From Nitrospinales bacterium (GTDB lineage Bacteria; Nitrospinota; Nitrospinia; Nitrospinales; VA-1): a stretch of DNA of 64,000 nt. The stretch covers positions 1,344,001 to 1,408,000 of the forward strand of contig CBDCWG010000012.1 in assembly GCA_965223345.1 (NCBI GenBank), written 5' to 3'. The position numbers and the translations under genes were made by a program. Position 1 is the stretch's first letter, and each line of letters begins with the position of its first letter. Positions 39,892 to 49,133 of this stretch are shown in pieces. A model generated the notes under the pieces. That model did no database searches. It saw only the letters and a program-made list of their open reading frames with translations, and was not told the origin of the DNA.

Positions 39892-40446
39892 ATGAATCGT
39901 TTGTTTCAAGGAATCGCGGCGGTTGTGCTGGGCGTGTTTTTGGGGCTGGCTCCGGCCCATGCGGGAGAAGTGGCTGTGATCGAGACCAGCATGGGGACCA
40001 TCGAGTTCAAGTTCCTCACGGACAAAGCGCCGGGGCACGTGAAAAACTTCAAGGATCTTGCCAACAAGGGATTTTACGACGGCACCACCTTTCACCGCGT
40101 GATTCCGGGATTCATGATCCAGGGCGGCGACCCCGAATCCAAAAATGAAGACCGCTCCCGGCATGGGACCGGCGGTCCGGGCTACCAGATCAAAGCGGAA
40201 TTCAACGACACAGAGCACAACCGCGGCATCGTTTCCATGGCGCGGTCGCAGAACCCGGACAGTGCGGGGTCGCAGTTTTTCATCGTGGTGAAGGACTCGA
40301 ATTTTCTCGATGGGAAATACACCGCGTTCGGCGAAGTCACGGCGGGCATGGATGTGGCGGATAAAATCGTCAACGCGCCGCGCGACCGCAGGGACAACCC
40401 GATCGATCGCATCGTGATAAAAAAAGTCAGCATTCAGAACAAATGA
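39892..40446 (+). CDS. Cyclophilin-type PPIase, exported
   Basis: Signal peptide ending AHA; FHRVIPGFMIQGGDP, SMAR and SQFFI motifs. Confidence 0.93.
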   Translation: MNRLFQGIAAVVLGVFLGLAPAHAGEVAVIETSMGTIEFKFLTDKAPGHVKNFKDLANKGFYDGTTFHRVIPGFMIQGGDPESKNEDRSRHGTGGPGYQIKAEFNDTEHNRGIVSMARSQNPDSAGSQFFIVVKDSNFLDGKYTAFGEVTAGMDVADKIVNAPRDRRDNPIDRIVIKKVSIQNK

Positions 40447-40584
40447 CCGGGTGGAGCCGGGCTGTATGCCGGTGCCATCTCAGGTGAAACGGGCTTGCGG
40501 TCCGGCGCGGCCTGCCGGACCGGGTTTCGAATCAAATTGTGATTTGGATGGAAGCGTCATCCAATTTCAGGGAGGTTTCAATCC

Positions 40585-41088
40585 ATGTCGGATGCAGCCG
40601 GCGGCGAGATCGCCGTCATCGATACGAGTCTGGGGACGATCACGCTCGAATTTTTCGAGGACAAGGCCCCCGGGCACGTGAAAAACTTCAAGGATCTGGC
40701 CCGCAAGGGTTTTTACAACGGCACCACCTTTCACCGCGTGATTCCGGGATTCATGATCCAGGGCGGCGACCCCAACTCCAAAAGCGACAACCGCTCCACA
40801 CACGGGACGGGCGGTCCGGGCTACCAGATCAAGGCGGAATTCAACGACACACCGCATCAGCGCGGCGTCCTTTCCATGGCGCGGGCGCAGGACCCGGACA
40901 GCGCCGGGTCGCAGTTTTTCATCGTGGTTCAGGATTCGCTGTTCCTCGACGGGCAGTACACCGCGTTCGGAAAGGTGCGTGCGGGCATGGACGTCGCCGA
41001 TTCGATCGTCAATTCGCCGCGGGACGCCAACGACAACCCGAACGATCGCATCGAGATGAAAGAGGTGCGGATCGAGAGCGCAGGATAA
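40585..41088 (+). CDS. Cyclophilin-type PPIase, cytoplasmic paralog
   Basis: Same motifs, no signal peptide; GGAGG RBS. Confidence 0.93.
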   Translation: MSDAAGGEIAVIDTSLGTITLEFFEDKAPGHVKNFKDLARKGFYNGTTFHRVIPGFMIQGGDPNSKSDNRSTHGTGGPGYQIKAEFNDTPHQRGVLSMARAQDPDSAGSQFFIVVQDSLFLDGQYTAFGKVRAGMDVADSIVNSPRDANDNPNDRIEMKEVRIESAG

Positions 41089-41129
41089 AGACGCGCGGTT
41101 TCCATACGACACCGATGTGAGCTGAGACC

Positions 41130-41489
41130 ATGGAAAAAGAATTCGACATTCATGTTTACGGAATCATGCAGACCTCCGTGCCTGCCGGACGGCACGAGGA
41201 AGACGGCGTTCCGGCGGGCGACACGATCCGCAAGCTGATTCTGGATCACTGGGACACGCACGAAAAGATCAACGTTTTCTTCGAAGGCATCGCGAAGATG
41301 ACGCGGCCTTTCATCGATGAGGCGTTTGCCAAAATTCTGGAAACCCGCACCCTGGATGAATTCAATTCCCGGCTTCACTTTCCCGACGCCAGCGATCACA
41401 TCGTCAAGGCGTTGAACGAAGCGGTCAAGCTGCGCCTTAAAATCATCAAGGCCGCCAAGGAACGTGAAGAAATGGGGGATGGTTTTTGA
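41130..41489 (+). CDS. STAS-like (DUF4325-type) small protein
   Basis: G..IR…FEGI…FIDEAF pattern. Confidence 0.55.
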   Translation: MEKEFDIHVYGIMQTSVPAGRHEEDGVPAGDTIRKLILDHWDTHEKINVFFEGIAKMTRPFIDEAFAKILETRTLDEFNSRLHFPDASDHIVKALNEAVKLRLKIIKAAKEREEMGDGF

Positions 41490-41516
41490 GGGGTTCGCTG
41501 CAGGATGACCGCCAGG

Positions 41517-42116
41517 TCACTTGAAGGGGGTCTGCTCCACTTCCGCGATGAACTTTTCCGCGAATTCCGCAACCGAAGAGGGCCCCTTGCCGGTGATGAT
41601 GCGCTCGTAGGCGGTCACTTCATCGGTGGACATCAAAACTTTCGCCTCTTCGAGCGCTTTGCGTGTGTGTTTGTCGTCGGCGACGGCGACTTCCACCTCG
41701 TCCAGCAGCCCCGCCTTGGAAAGACAGGGTACCGCCGTCCCCACCGCGCCGATCACCATGTTGCTGCGGTAGCGGTCCGAGATCAGAAGCCGGACCAGAT
41801 CGTCCTTCCACAGATGCGACCGGGCTCCCCGGCCGCCGACCAGTACCACACCGTGAAACACTCCCTTGACCTGACGCGTGCCGCGGCCTCCGGCCACGTA
41901 GCTGTCGCCGATGATGCCTTCGATGGCGTCCACAATGAGAAAGTTCGGCATCTGGCGTCCGGTCTTCATCCCCACCGCCTCTTTCATTTTTGCGGAGGCG
42001 ACGTAGGTTTCCGCTTCCTCGTCCTGCATCGCTTGTAAAAGCGGGTCGAGGATGTCCTCGTCGTAATGATCCTTGGGGATGATGAACAGTATGTTTTTTC
42101 CGGTCAACCGCGCCAT
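41517..42116 (-). CDS. DJ-1/PfpI family protein
   Basis: Class I GATase-like fold: LVGGRGA, AGLL and IITGKGP motifs. Confidence 0.75.
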   Translation of the reverse strand: MARLTGKNILFIIPKDHYDEDILDPLLQAMQDEEAETYVASAKMKEAVGMKTGRQMPNFLIVDAIEGIIGDSYVAGGRGTRQVKGVFHGVVLVGGRGARSHLWKDDLVRLLISDRYRSNMVIGAVGTAVPCLSKAGLLDEVEVAVADDKHTRKALEEAKVLMSTDEVTAYERIITGKGPSSVAEFAEKFIAEVEQTPFK

Positions 42117-42324
42117 GATGGGGCTTCTCCTTTTGACATCCCGCGCGCGTGCGGAGCGCGCAGGTGTGACTTTGTGTCGATTGCGATCATTCTAGCATAT
42201 TCGCTTGGGCGGGCGGTCTCTGCGGCAGGGGCAAAAGCCCCTGCCGCACATCGGGATAGCGATGGCATCGCCGAAAAGGATTCCCTCAAGGGAAGGCGGG
42301 AAAGGACTTCCCGCCTGAGTGCGG

Positions 42325-43554
42325 TCAATTGTGATGTCCGTTGCCGCCGAGCGTTTCGGAGGTGGCCGGCATCAGACTTTCCAGGGAAAAATTGCCGCGG
42401 ACTTCTTCGTAGTCGTCGAACCAGAACGCCTCGGGATTCCGGTTGAACACCAGAAAGCGCGAGAAGTTTTCTTCGTCAGCGGCCCGGTTGTATTTGAAGA
42501 AAATCTGGGTGGGCGTCATGCCGACCACCTCGATTTTCCCCGACTCGTGCGACATGACCAGGCGGGCGCGCTTGGCCAGGCCGGAACCGCGGGTGCGGGC
42601 GTGTTCGAATATTTTGTATCCCTCTTCCACAGGAACGGAGTAGGCCCCGTTGCCCAGGGTGGGCCGGCACAGGAACACGTAATAGGGCGGCACCCCGATG
42701 AAGGAAAGTTTGCGGAACAAATCGCCCAGCACTTTGGGATTGTCGTTGACGCCGCGGATCAAAGGCGTCTGATTGACCAGGATGGCGCCCGCTTTCATCA
42801 GCAGGTTGAGGCCCTCGATGGCTTCCGGCGTCAATTCCCGCGGATGGTTGAAATGGGCCATGACGTAGATTTTCTTCTCGTCGGTGCTGTAGGTGCGGAT
42901 CATGTCCAGCAGAGAGGGGTCGTTGATGATGCGGAAGGGGTTGAAGGCGGGGATCTTCGTGCCGATGCGGATGATCTGCACGTGGTCGATTTCCCGTACC
43001 TGACGGATGATCGGTTCCAGTTTGCTGGTGGACATGATCAACGGATCGCCGCCGGTCAGCAGCACGTTGGAGACTTCCTCGTGCTCCCGGATGTACTGAA
43101 GCCCCTCGCTGATGTCTTTCGTTACCTCGTCGTTCTCATCCATGAACAGCCGCTTGCGGAAGCAGAACCGGCAATAGGCGGCGCACACTTCATTGACCAG
43201 AAGCAGAGCCGTGGACGTGTATTTGTGTTCCAGCCCGTGGACCTTCGTGTATTTTTCCTCGTTTGAGGCGTCCAGCCGACCCCATTCATCGAGTTCCTGC
43301 ACTTCCGGAATCACGATCTTGCGTATGGGATCTTCCGGGTCGTCCCAGTCGATCAGGGATTGGTAATAATCGTTGGTCCTGAAAACGAACTTGTCGTTGA
43401 CAGGGGCGAGCTTTTCTTTATCCGCCTCGCTCAATTCGGGAATCTGGTCGAGCTTGGTCAGGTATTTGGCTTTTTTAGCGGTTTCCCCGGTCTGCTTCTT
43501 GGGGTCGTCTTTTTTATTTTTATTTTTTGTAAAAAAATTGATGGGCATATCCAT
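42325..43554 (-). CDS. KamA-family radical SAM protein (lysine 2,3-aminomutase-like)
   Basis: DPIRK, HKY, CAAYCRFCFRK, LTGGDPL, RIGT, HFNHPRE, NQTPLIRGVND and PYY motifs. Confidence 0.9.
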   Translation of the reverse strand: MDMPINFFTKNKNKKDDPKKQTGETAKKAKYLTKLDQIPELSEADKEKLAPVNDKFVFRTNDYYQSLIDWDDPEDPIRKIVIPEVQELDEWGRLDASNEEKYTKVHGLEHKYTSTALLLVNEVCAAYCRFCFRKRLFMDENDEVTKDISEGLQYIREHEEVSNVLLTGGDPLIMSTSKLEPIIRQVREIDHVQIIRIGTKIPAFNPFRIINDPSLLDMIRTYSTDEKKIYVMAHFNHPRELTPEAIEGLNLLMKAGAILVNQTPLIRGVNDNPKVLGDLFRKLSFIGVPPYYVFLCRPTLGNGAYSVPVEEGYKIFEHARTRGSGLAKRARLVMSHESGKIEVVGMTPTQIFFKYNRAADEENFSRFLVFNRNPEAFWFDDYEEVRGNFSLESLMPATSETLGGNGHHN

Positions 43555-43888
43555 GGTTCACCTCCTCTCCAGATCTCCGAACTTTACAGAGACAGGTTGG
43601 GAATCAATCCGTGAAGGCTGCTATTCAAGGGCAAAACTATCCCTGGAACCGGTGCGCCGATCCTCCTTTTGCGCCCTCAATGCAGGAGATTTGTAAAAGT
43701 GCGACCTGGGTTCGCTGACTGTCCGGGGTTTGGGATCTCGTTTCGGGGGCTGCATCTCCGTCTGTTTCGTTGTCGCCCCGAACCCGGCCCGTTTCCCCAA
43801 CTCCCAAGTGCGTGTTTGCCCGGCCTGTAAGCCTCGATAAAGGCTTAAGAAGTTGAAAAAAAATGGTTTATGGTTTGGATATTAGCAG

Positions 43889-43917
43889 AGTATACAGAAG
43901 TGTAGATGCCCGTGCAA
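43889..43917 (-). promoter_or_regulatory. Sigma-70 promoter about 330 nt upstream of the KamA-family gene
   Basis: TTGCAC-N17-TATACT on minus strand. Confidence 0.55.
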
Positions 43918-44118
43918 GCGAAAAGGATTTTTTAAATCCCGATCACCCGGCCGCGTGAAATAGGAAATTCTCTAACTTTCTGATTATTAAAAATTTATTT
44001 TCCCGTTGCGGGATCGTTGCTCAGGGGTTGCGTTTGCGTCCGGACGGGTTTGCGGCAAGGGGAGATGCAGCAGGCTTTAATGAATTCAAGGAGTTCGGTA
44101 TGAGGTGGGAAAATTTCA

Positions 44119-44146
44119 TTGACAGCCTTTTTGGATCGACTATAAT
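44119..44146 (+). promoter_or_regulatory. Consensus sigma-70 promoter upstream of the cytochrome c gene
   Basis: TTGACA-N16-TATAAT. Confidence 0.75.
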
Positions 44147-44404
44147 GCGAGGCTCCTTTTTCATGTTCAATCGTGACGCAGCCTTGGTGGCAGGGCTTTT
44201 TTTACATTTTTTAAGATGGAGGACGAGAAATTCGTTCGAAGGATAGCCGCTTCGGCAATTCGATCTCACCGGCACCTCAAGTTTCAATCCGAAACAACGA
44301 TAATCTAACAATGACGTTTTCGCGGTTTTCAACGCGTGAATTTTGTTTCAAGGGATGTAGGCAACTCACTTAAAATTTGAATGTTTCAGGAAGGAGAATT
44401 GTAA

Positions 44405-44839
44405 ATGAAAAAGATCGCGGTTTTAGCAGTATTGGCAGTGTTCAGTTTCTTCGTCGTCAGTTCCGCATATGCGGGAGGGGAATGTCCCCAGCCTCGGAAA
44501 ACCAAGGCCGCTCCTTCCAGCACTGCCAAAATGGATAAAACGGGAAAAGCCAATGCCGACAACGGCAAAAAGATTTATGACAAAACCGCAAAGCCGATGG
44601 CCTGCAAAATGTGTCATGGCGACAAGGGCGATGGAACCGGCAAACTCGGCGCTGCTCTGAAGCCGAAGCCGCGGAACTTCACCTGTAAAGACACCATGAA
44701 AGACGTTTCTCCCGGCCAGATGTTCCACGTCATCAAAAACGGCTCCGCCGGAACCGGCATGGTGGCACACGGCAAGACTCTGAAAGACAGCGAAATCTGG
44801 GATGTGGTCAAATACATCCAGAGCACGTTCAATAAGTAA
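44405..44839 (+). CDS. Periplasmic monoheme cytochrome c
   Basis: Signal peptide ending AYA; CKMCH, PRNFT and probable axial Met (GTGM); AGGAG RBS. Confidence 0.92.
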   Translation: MKKIAVLAVLAVFSFFVVSSAYAGGECPQPRKTKAAPSSTAKMDKTGKANADNGKKIYDKTAKPMACKMCHGDKGDGTGKLGAALKPKPRNFTCKDTMKDVSPGQMFHVIKNGSAGTGMVAHGKTLKDSEIWDVVKYIQSTFNK

Positions 44840-44866
44840 GCCGTCTTTCAAGCAACGCGTTATTCG

Positions 44867-44897
44867 GGCAGGCCCCTTACGGGGCCTGCCTTTTTTT
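44867..44897 (+). terminator. Intrinsic terminator
   Basis: GGCAGGCCCC-TTAC-GGGGCCTGCC followed by T7. Confidence 0.9.
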
Positions 44898-44926
44898 GTG
44901 CCGCAAACTCCGGTGACGAGGGCATA

Positions 44927-45889
44927 ATGGTCCCGGTTGAACCGGAATGTCCATCCTCAAGATACGGGAGTGCGTTTTTGCGGCGGCTCGTTTCCCATTC
45001 TTTATATTTATCCTGCCTCGCGTTCTGGGCGTCGCTGTGGATCCCGGTGGTACCGGTTTGCGCCGAAGCGGCGAAGCTCGGCAGCAAGGCGCGTCCCCTC
45101 ACCATGATGTTCGTGCCGTCCGGCGACAGTCAGGTGATCCTGCAGGGCGGACAAAAAATCGCCGCGCTGCTCAGCAAATCGACCGGGCTGCATTTTAAAA
45201 CTTCCGTCGCCACCAGCTACGCCGCGGTCATCGAAGCCATGGGGGCCGGCAAGGTGGACATCGGCTGGCTCGCGACGTTCAGCTATGTGCTGGCCAGGGA
45301 AAAATACGGCGCCAAACTGCTGCTGATCGTGATGCGTTTCGGCAGCCCGTTTTACCGCGGCCAGATCATGGTGCGCGCCGACAGCGGCATCGAAACGCTG
45401 GCGGACCTGAAGGGCAAATCCTTCGCCTTCGTCGATCCCGCCTCGACCTCCGGCCACCTGTATCCCAAATCCCTGCTGCTCGATCAGGGCCACAACCCCG
45501 ATACGTTTTTCTCGAAGACGGTGTTCGCCGGTTCCCACAACGCGGTGTTGCTGTCGTTGCTCAAGGGCGAGGTGGACGGTGGCGCGGCGTACGACGGATC
45601 GCGGGCGGCGGTGGCCAAAAGTTTTCCCGACGTGTTCAAGAAGGTGCGGGTGATCGCCTACACGAAGAACATCCCCAACGACACGGTGACCGTGCGCAAG
45701 GGGCTGCCGCCGGCGATCGAGGAAACCATCAGGGAGGGGTTGAAGCATCTGGCAAAAACACCCGAGGGCGGCAAGGTGCTCAAGCAGGTGTACGGCATCA
45801 CCGGGCTTTTGGATCTCGACGGTTTTTTCGATCCGGTCCGGGAAGCGGGCCGGCTGCTCGGTCTGGATCTGGACAAGCTCAGCCGCTGA
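44927..45889 (+). CDS. phnD: Phosphate/phosphite/phosphonate ABC transporter substrate-binding protein (PhnD/PtxB family)
   Basis: SYAAVIEAM, YRGQI, DPASTSG, GSH and IPND motifs; true start probably further downstream. Confidence 0.82.
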   Translation: MVPVEPECPSSRYGSAFLRRLVSHSLYLSCLAFWASLWIPVVPVCAEAAKLGSKARPLTMMFVPSGDSQVILQGGQKIAALLSKSTGLHFKTSVATSYAAVIEAMGAGKVDIGWLATFSYVLAREKYGAKLLLIVMRFGSPFYRGQIMVRADSGIETLADLKGKSFAFVDPASTSGHLYPKSLLLDQGHNPDTFFSKTVFAGSHNAVLLSLLKGEVDGGAAYDGSRAAVAKSFPDVFKKVRVIAYTKNIPNDTVTVRKGLPPAIEETIREGLKHLAKTPEGGKVLKQVYGITGLLDLDGFFDPVREAGRLLGLDLDKLSR

Positions 45890-45916
45890 ACGGTTTGTTG
45901 TGTTCAACGCTTTCTT

Positions 45917-45965
45917 GTCATGCTGAGCCTGTCGAAGCATGGCCCTTCGGCAGGCTCAGGGTGAC
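45917..45965. repeat. REP-like palindromic element, copy 1
   Basis: GTCATGCTGAGCCTGTCGAAG…CTTCGGCAGGCTCAGGGTGAC imperfect inverted repeat. Confidence 0.75.
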
Positions 45966-46007
45966 CGTCATCTTCACTCTATAACTATAAAAAATCCGGG
46001 AGGCTGC

Positions 46008-46745
46008 ATGCTGCGCGTCGAAAACCTGGTGAAAACCTATGCGGACGGCACCCGGGCGCTCAAGGGGGTTTCGCTTAAAATCGAGCGCGGGGAGTTCGTC
46101 GCGGTGCTGGGACAGAGCGGATCGGGAAAATCCACGCTGCTGCGCTGCCTCAACCGTCTGGTCGAGCCGACCCGCGGCCGGATCTATTTCGACGATGTGG
46201 ACGTCACCGCGGCTTCGGCGAAGGAATTGCGGGCCTTGAGAAGACGCATGGGCATGATCTTCCAGCAGTACAACCTGGTGAACCGCGCCTCGGTGTTGAC
46301 AAACGCGCTCACCGGCAGCCTCGGCGCCGTGTCTTCCTGGGCGGGGCTGATGAATCGTTTTCCGCAGGATGCGGTGACGCGGGCCGAGCGGCATCTTGCG
46401 GAACTGGGCATCGCCGACAAAGCCGCGCAGCGCGCATCGGCCTTGAGCGGCGGCCAGCAGCAGCGGGTGGGGATCGCGCGGGCGCTCATGCAGGAGCCGG
46501 AGCTGATCCTGGCCGATGAGCCGGTCTCCAGCCTCGATCCCGCGACGGCGCGCACCATCCTCGATATTTTAAAAGACATCAACCAGACGCGGCGCGTGAG
46601 CGTGCTCTGCAACCTGCATCTGCCGGAGCTGGCCAAGGACTACGGCAGCCGCATCCTGGCGCTGGCCTCAGGAAAGCTGGTCTACGACGGCCCGCCCGAG
46701 GGGCTGGATGCGGAGGTTTTGCAGCGGATTTACAATGGGGAGTGA
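46008..46745 (+). CDS. phnC: Phosphonate ABC transporter ATP-binding protein
   Basis: [27 protein letters not shown] and NLH motifs; GGAGG RBS. Confidence 0.85.
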   Translation: MLRVENLVKTYADGTRALKGVSLKIERGEFVAVLGQSGSGKSTLLRCLNRLVEPTRGRIYFDDVDVTAASAKELRALRRRMGMIFQQYNLVNRASVLTNALTGSLGAVSSWAGLMNRFPQDAVTRAERHLAELGIADKAAQRASALSGGQQQRVGIARALMQEPELILADEPVSSLDPATARTILDILKDINQTRRVSVLCNLHLPELAKDYGSRILALASGKLVYDGPPEGLDAEVLQRIYNGE

Positions 46746-46931
46746 ATCCCGGGTTTTCCCTGCAATTTCGAGCCTAGAAGCGGGGGCGGCAAAACCCCTG
46801 AAAATCCCCCGGTTTCGGAACTCCGGAGGGGAAAATCGCGTTTTGTGGGCTGGCAAAGTGTGTTAGGGTAAAATTAAGGCCTCGAGCGCCGGATCGAGCA
46901 CTGAGATCACACCATGAAAAGGGAGTGAAAA

Positions 46932-47435
46932 ATGGCTAACAAACGGGCCATCCTGCTTTTCACACTGTGTTTTTTCAAGGTGAGCGTGTTCGCGGTCGCT
47001 GTGAAGGCGGACCCCTTGCAAAAGCCGAATCCGCAAGTGAAATCCCACGATTCCGCGATTCCCAAGGAACCGGGGTGGAAAGATCCCTCCTACCGCGGCT
47101 GGGAGGTGATGAACATCCCCGGTCTCATCTCGACCTATTACGATCTGGATTCGGACGGCAACCTGGACTACATGGTCATCCGCAAGATCCTGCGCAAAGC
47201 CTCTTCCGAAGAGGTGAGCATCGAGCAGGCCATTGCCATTGCAAAGCACGACTCGATGAGCGTATACTTTTCCAATCCAGTCATTTATTTCACCCACCGG
47301 AATCCTTTGTTTTACTGTCTGGGGGTGGACTTCAGGAAAAACTGCCGCGATATCTGGGTGGATATCGCCGAAGATGGTTTGAATGGAAACGAACAGCTTT
47401 ACACGTTATCGACACCGCTGCCGAATGTCCGCTAA
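46932..47435 (+). CDS. Exported hypothetical protein with a DxDxDG (Ca-binding-like) motif
   Basis: Signal peptide; YDLDSDGNLD; stop overlaps the next start. Confidence 0.7.
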   Translation: MANKRAILLFTLCFFKVSVFAVAVKADPLQKPNPQVKSHDSAIPKEPGWKDPSYRGWEVMNIPGLISTYYDLDSDGNLDYMVIRKILRKASSEEVSIEQAIAIAKHDSMSVYFSNPVIYFTHRNPLFYCLGVDFRKNCRDIWVDIAEDGLNGNEQLYTLSTPLPNVR

Positions 47436-49017
47436 AGCGGCATGGGCCGCGTCTCTGGTTTCCGCAGCGTTTCTGCTGACGGCCGCGGCGCCGGCTTTCG
47501 CGCACTCGAAAAACCGCGCTCCCGGCGTCTTCGAAACGTCGCCCCCGAAAAGCGAGGCGTCGTCCTCGGTCCACAGCCATTCGCACAGCCACCAGGCCGC
47601 CGCCGGTCAAACGCTGGGGGAAACCGTCTACAAGCACATGTGCGTGTTCTGCCACGGCCACGACGGCAACGGCGGCGGAAAGGCCATGGCCTATCTGTAT
47701 CCCTGGCCGCGGGATTTCAGAAAAGGTGTGTTCAAGCACCGTTCGACTCCCAGCGGGTCGCTGCCGCTCGATGAAGACATCGTGCAGACCATCCAGCGCG
47801 GCGTTCCGGGAACCTCGATGCCGGCCTGGGGCAACGCCCTGTCGGAAGAAGAAACCCGCTCGGTGGTCGAGTACATCAAAAAATTTTCCAAACGCTTCGA
47901 GACCGAAAAAGTGAAGCCGCCGATCGTCGTCAAGGCGGTGCCCGAAAGCACCGGCGAAGCGATCGCCAAGGGCAAGGCTTTGTATGAGGAGTTGCGCTGC
48001 GCCCGCTGTCACGGCAGCGATCTCAAGGGCGGCGGGGCGCTCGCGGACGAATTGTACGATATCTGGGACCACCGGGTGTTCGTCTACGATCTGACCAACC
48101 CGAATACGTTCAAGTTCGGCCGGGAAAAGAAGGACATTTACATGACGCTCTCGACGGGCCTCGACGGCACGCCGATGAAATCCTACAGCCATCTCACCGA
48201 AGAGGAACGCTGGAACCTTTCTGCGTTCGTCAAATCCAAGGTGCGTGAAGAAGCGTTGCAGCCTGCGAAGTACGAAACCGACCTGACCACCAAGCTGATC
48301 GAAGGCGAGATCGACCTCGACCCGGACAACCCGTTGTGGAACGAGGTGCCGGTGCAGGTGGTGCACACGCTGCCTCTGAGCGCCCGCAGCAATCCGGTGA
48401 ACCGGATCCAGTTTCAGTCGGTGGTGAACGATGAGGGCATCGCGTTTCGTCTGATCTGGGACGACCCCGCACCCGACCGCACTTCCAGCCGGCATCAGGA
48501 TTTCAAGGACGCGATCGCGCTGGAGTTTGCGCTCGGCGACGTGCTGCTGCACGAGCACGGACACAACGAGCCCTTCTTCGGAATGGGGAACCGCGGCAAA
48601 GTGGTCAACATCTGGCAGTGGCGCGCGGATTGGCAGACCGAAATCGAAACGCGGGAAAAATTGGAATACGCCACCAAGGGCATGGATCTGGACACGATGA
48701 TCTTCGGCGGAGAGGTGAATCCGGTGGACGCGCTCAATCCGTTCCGGGATGTTCCGGTGGAGGAGATGAACGCGGAAGGGTTTGGCACCTTGACACCGCA
48801 GCCCCAAACCAAGCAGAATATCCTTGGCAAGGGGCGGTGGGAAGACGGCACCTGGAAGGTCGTCTTTTACCGGACTCTGGAATCGCTCAACAAATGGGAT
48901 GTGAAGTTCGGCAACGATCAGCCCGTGCTGGTGGCGTTCGCCGTGTGGGACGGGGCGCATCAGGATCGCAACGGCCGCAAGGTGATTTCCATGTGGCAGC
49001 GCCTGCACCTTCCGTGA
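47425..49017 (+). CDS. Exported diheme cytochrome c fused to an ethylbenzene-dehydrogenase gamma-like heme-b domain (NxrC candidate)
   Basis: Signal peptide; CVFCH and CARCH; C-terminal W.D…D.IALEF…MG…VNIWQW…W.V…R.L…AFAVWDG…RNG.K. Confidence 0.75.
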   Translation: MSAKAAWAASLVSAAFLLTAAAPAFAHSKNRAPGVFETSPPKSEASSSVHSHSHSHQAAAGQTLGETVYKHMCVFCHGHDGNGGGKAMAYLYPWPRDFRKGVFKHRSTPSGSLPLDEDIVQTIQRGVPGTSMPAWGNALSEEETRSVVEYIKKFSKRFETEKVKPPIVVKAVPESTGEAIAKGKALYEELRCARCHGSDLKGGGALADELYDIWDHRVFVYDLTNPNTFKFGREKKDIYMTLSTGLDGTPMKSYSHLTEEERWNLSAFVKSKVREEALQPAKYETDLTTKLIEGEIDLDPDNPLWNEVPVQVVHTLPLSARSNPVNRIQFQSVVNDEGIAFRLIWDDPAPDRTSSRHQDFKDAIALEFALGDVLLHEHGHNEPFFGMGNRGKVVNIWQWRADWQTEIETREKLEYATKGMDLDTMIFGGEVNPVDALNPFRDVPVEEMNAEGFGTLTPQPQTKQNILGKGRWEDGTWKVVFYRTLESLNKWDVKFGNDQPVLVAFAVWDGAHQDRNGRKVISMWQRLHLP

Positions 49018-49133
49018 CGGTATTTTCATCGCGGGCTTTTTGATCGGGACGCTGATAACGATTTGATTTTTCAGCCGCGGAGCATGCACGCCCGCGGCGA
49101 ATTCTTTTTCTCATACATTTAGGAGGACGTCTC

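Noticed and set aside
42325..43554. Calling the gene epmB or ablA
   Set aside because: Family is clear, but no efp/epmA or ablB context supports either name
43637..43807. 56-codon minus-strand ORF in the KamA leader as a RiPP precursor or leader peptide
   Set aside because: TTG start without a clear RBS and no precursor-like features
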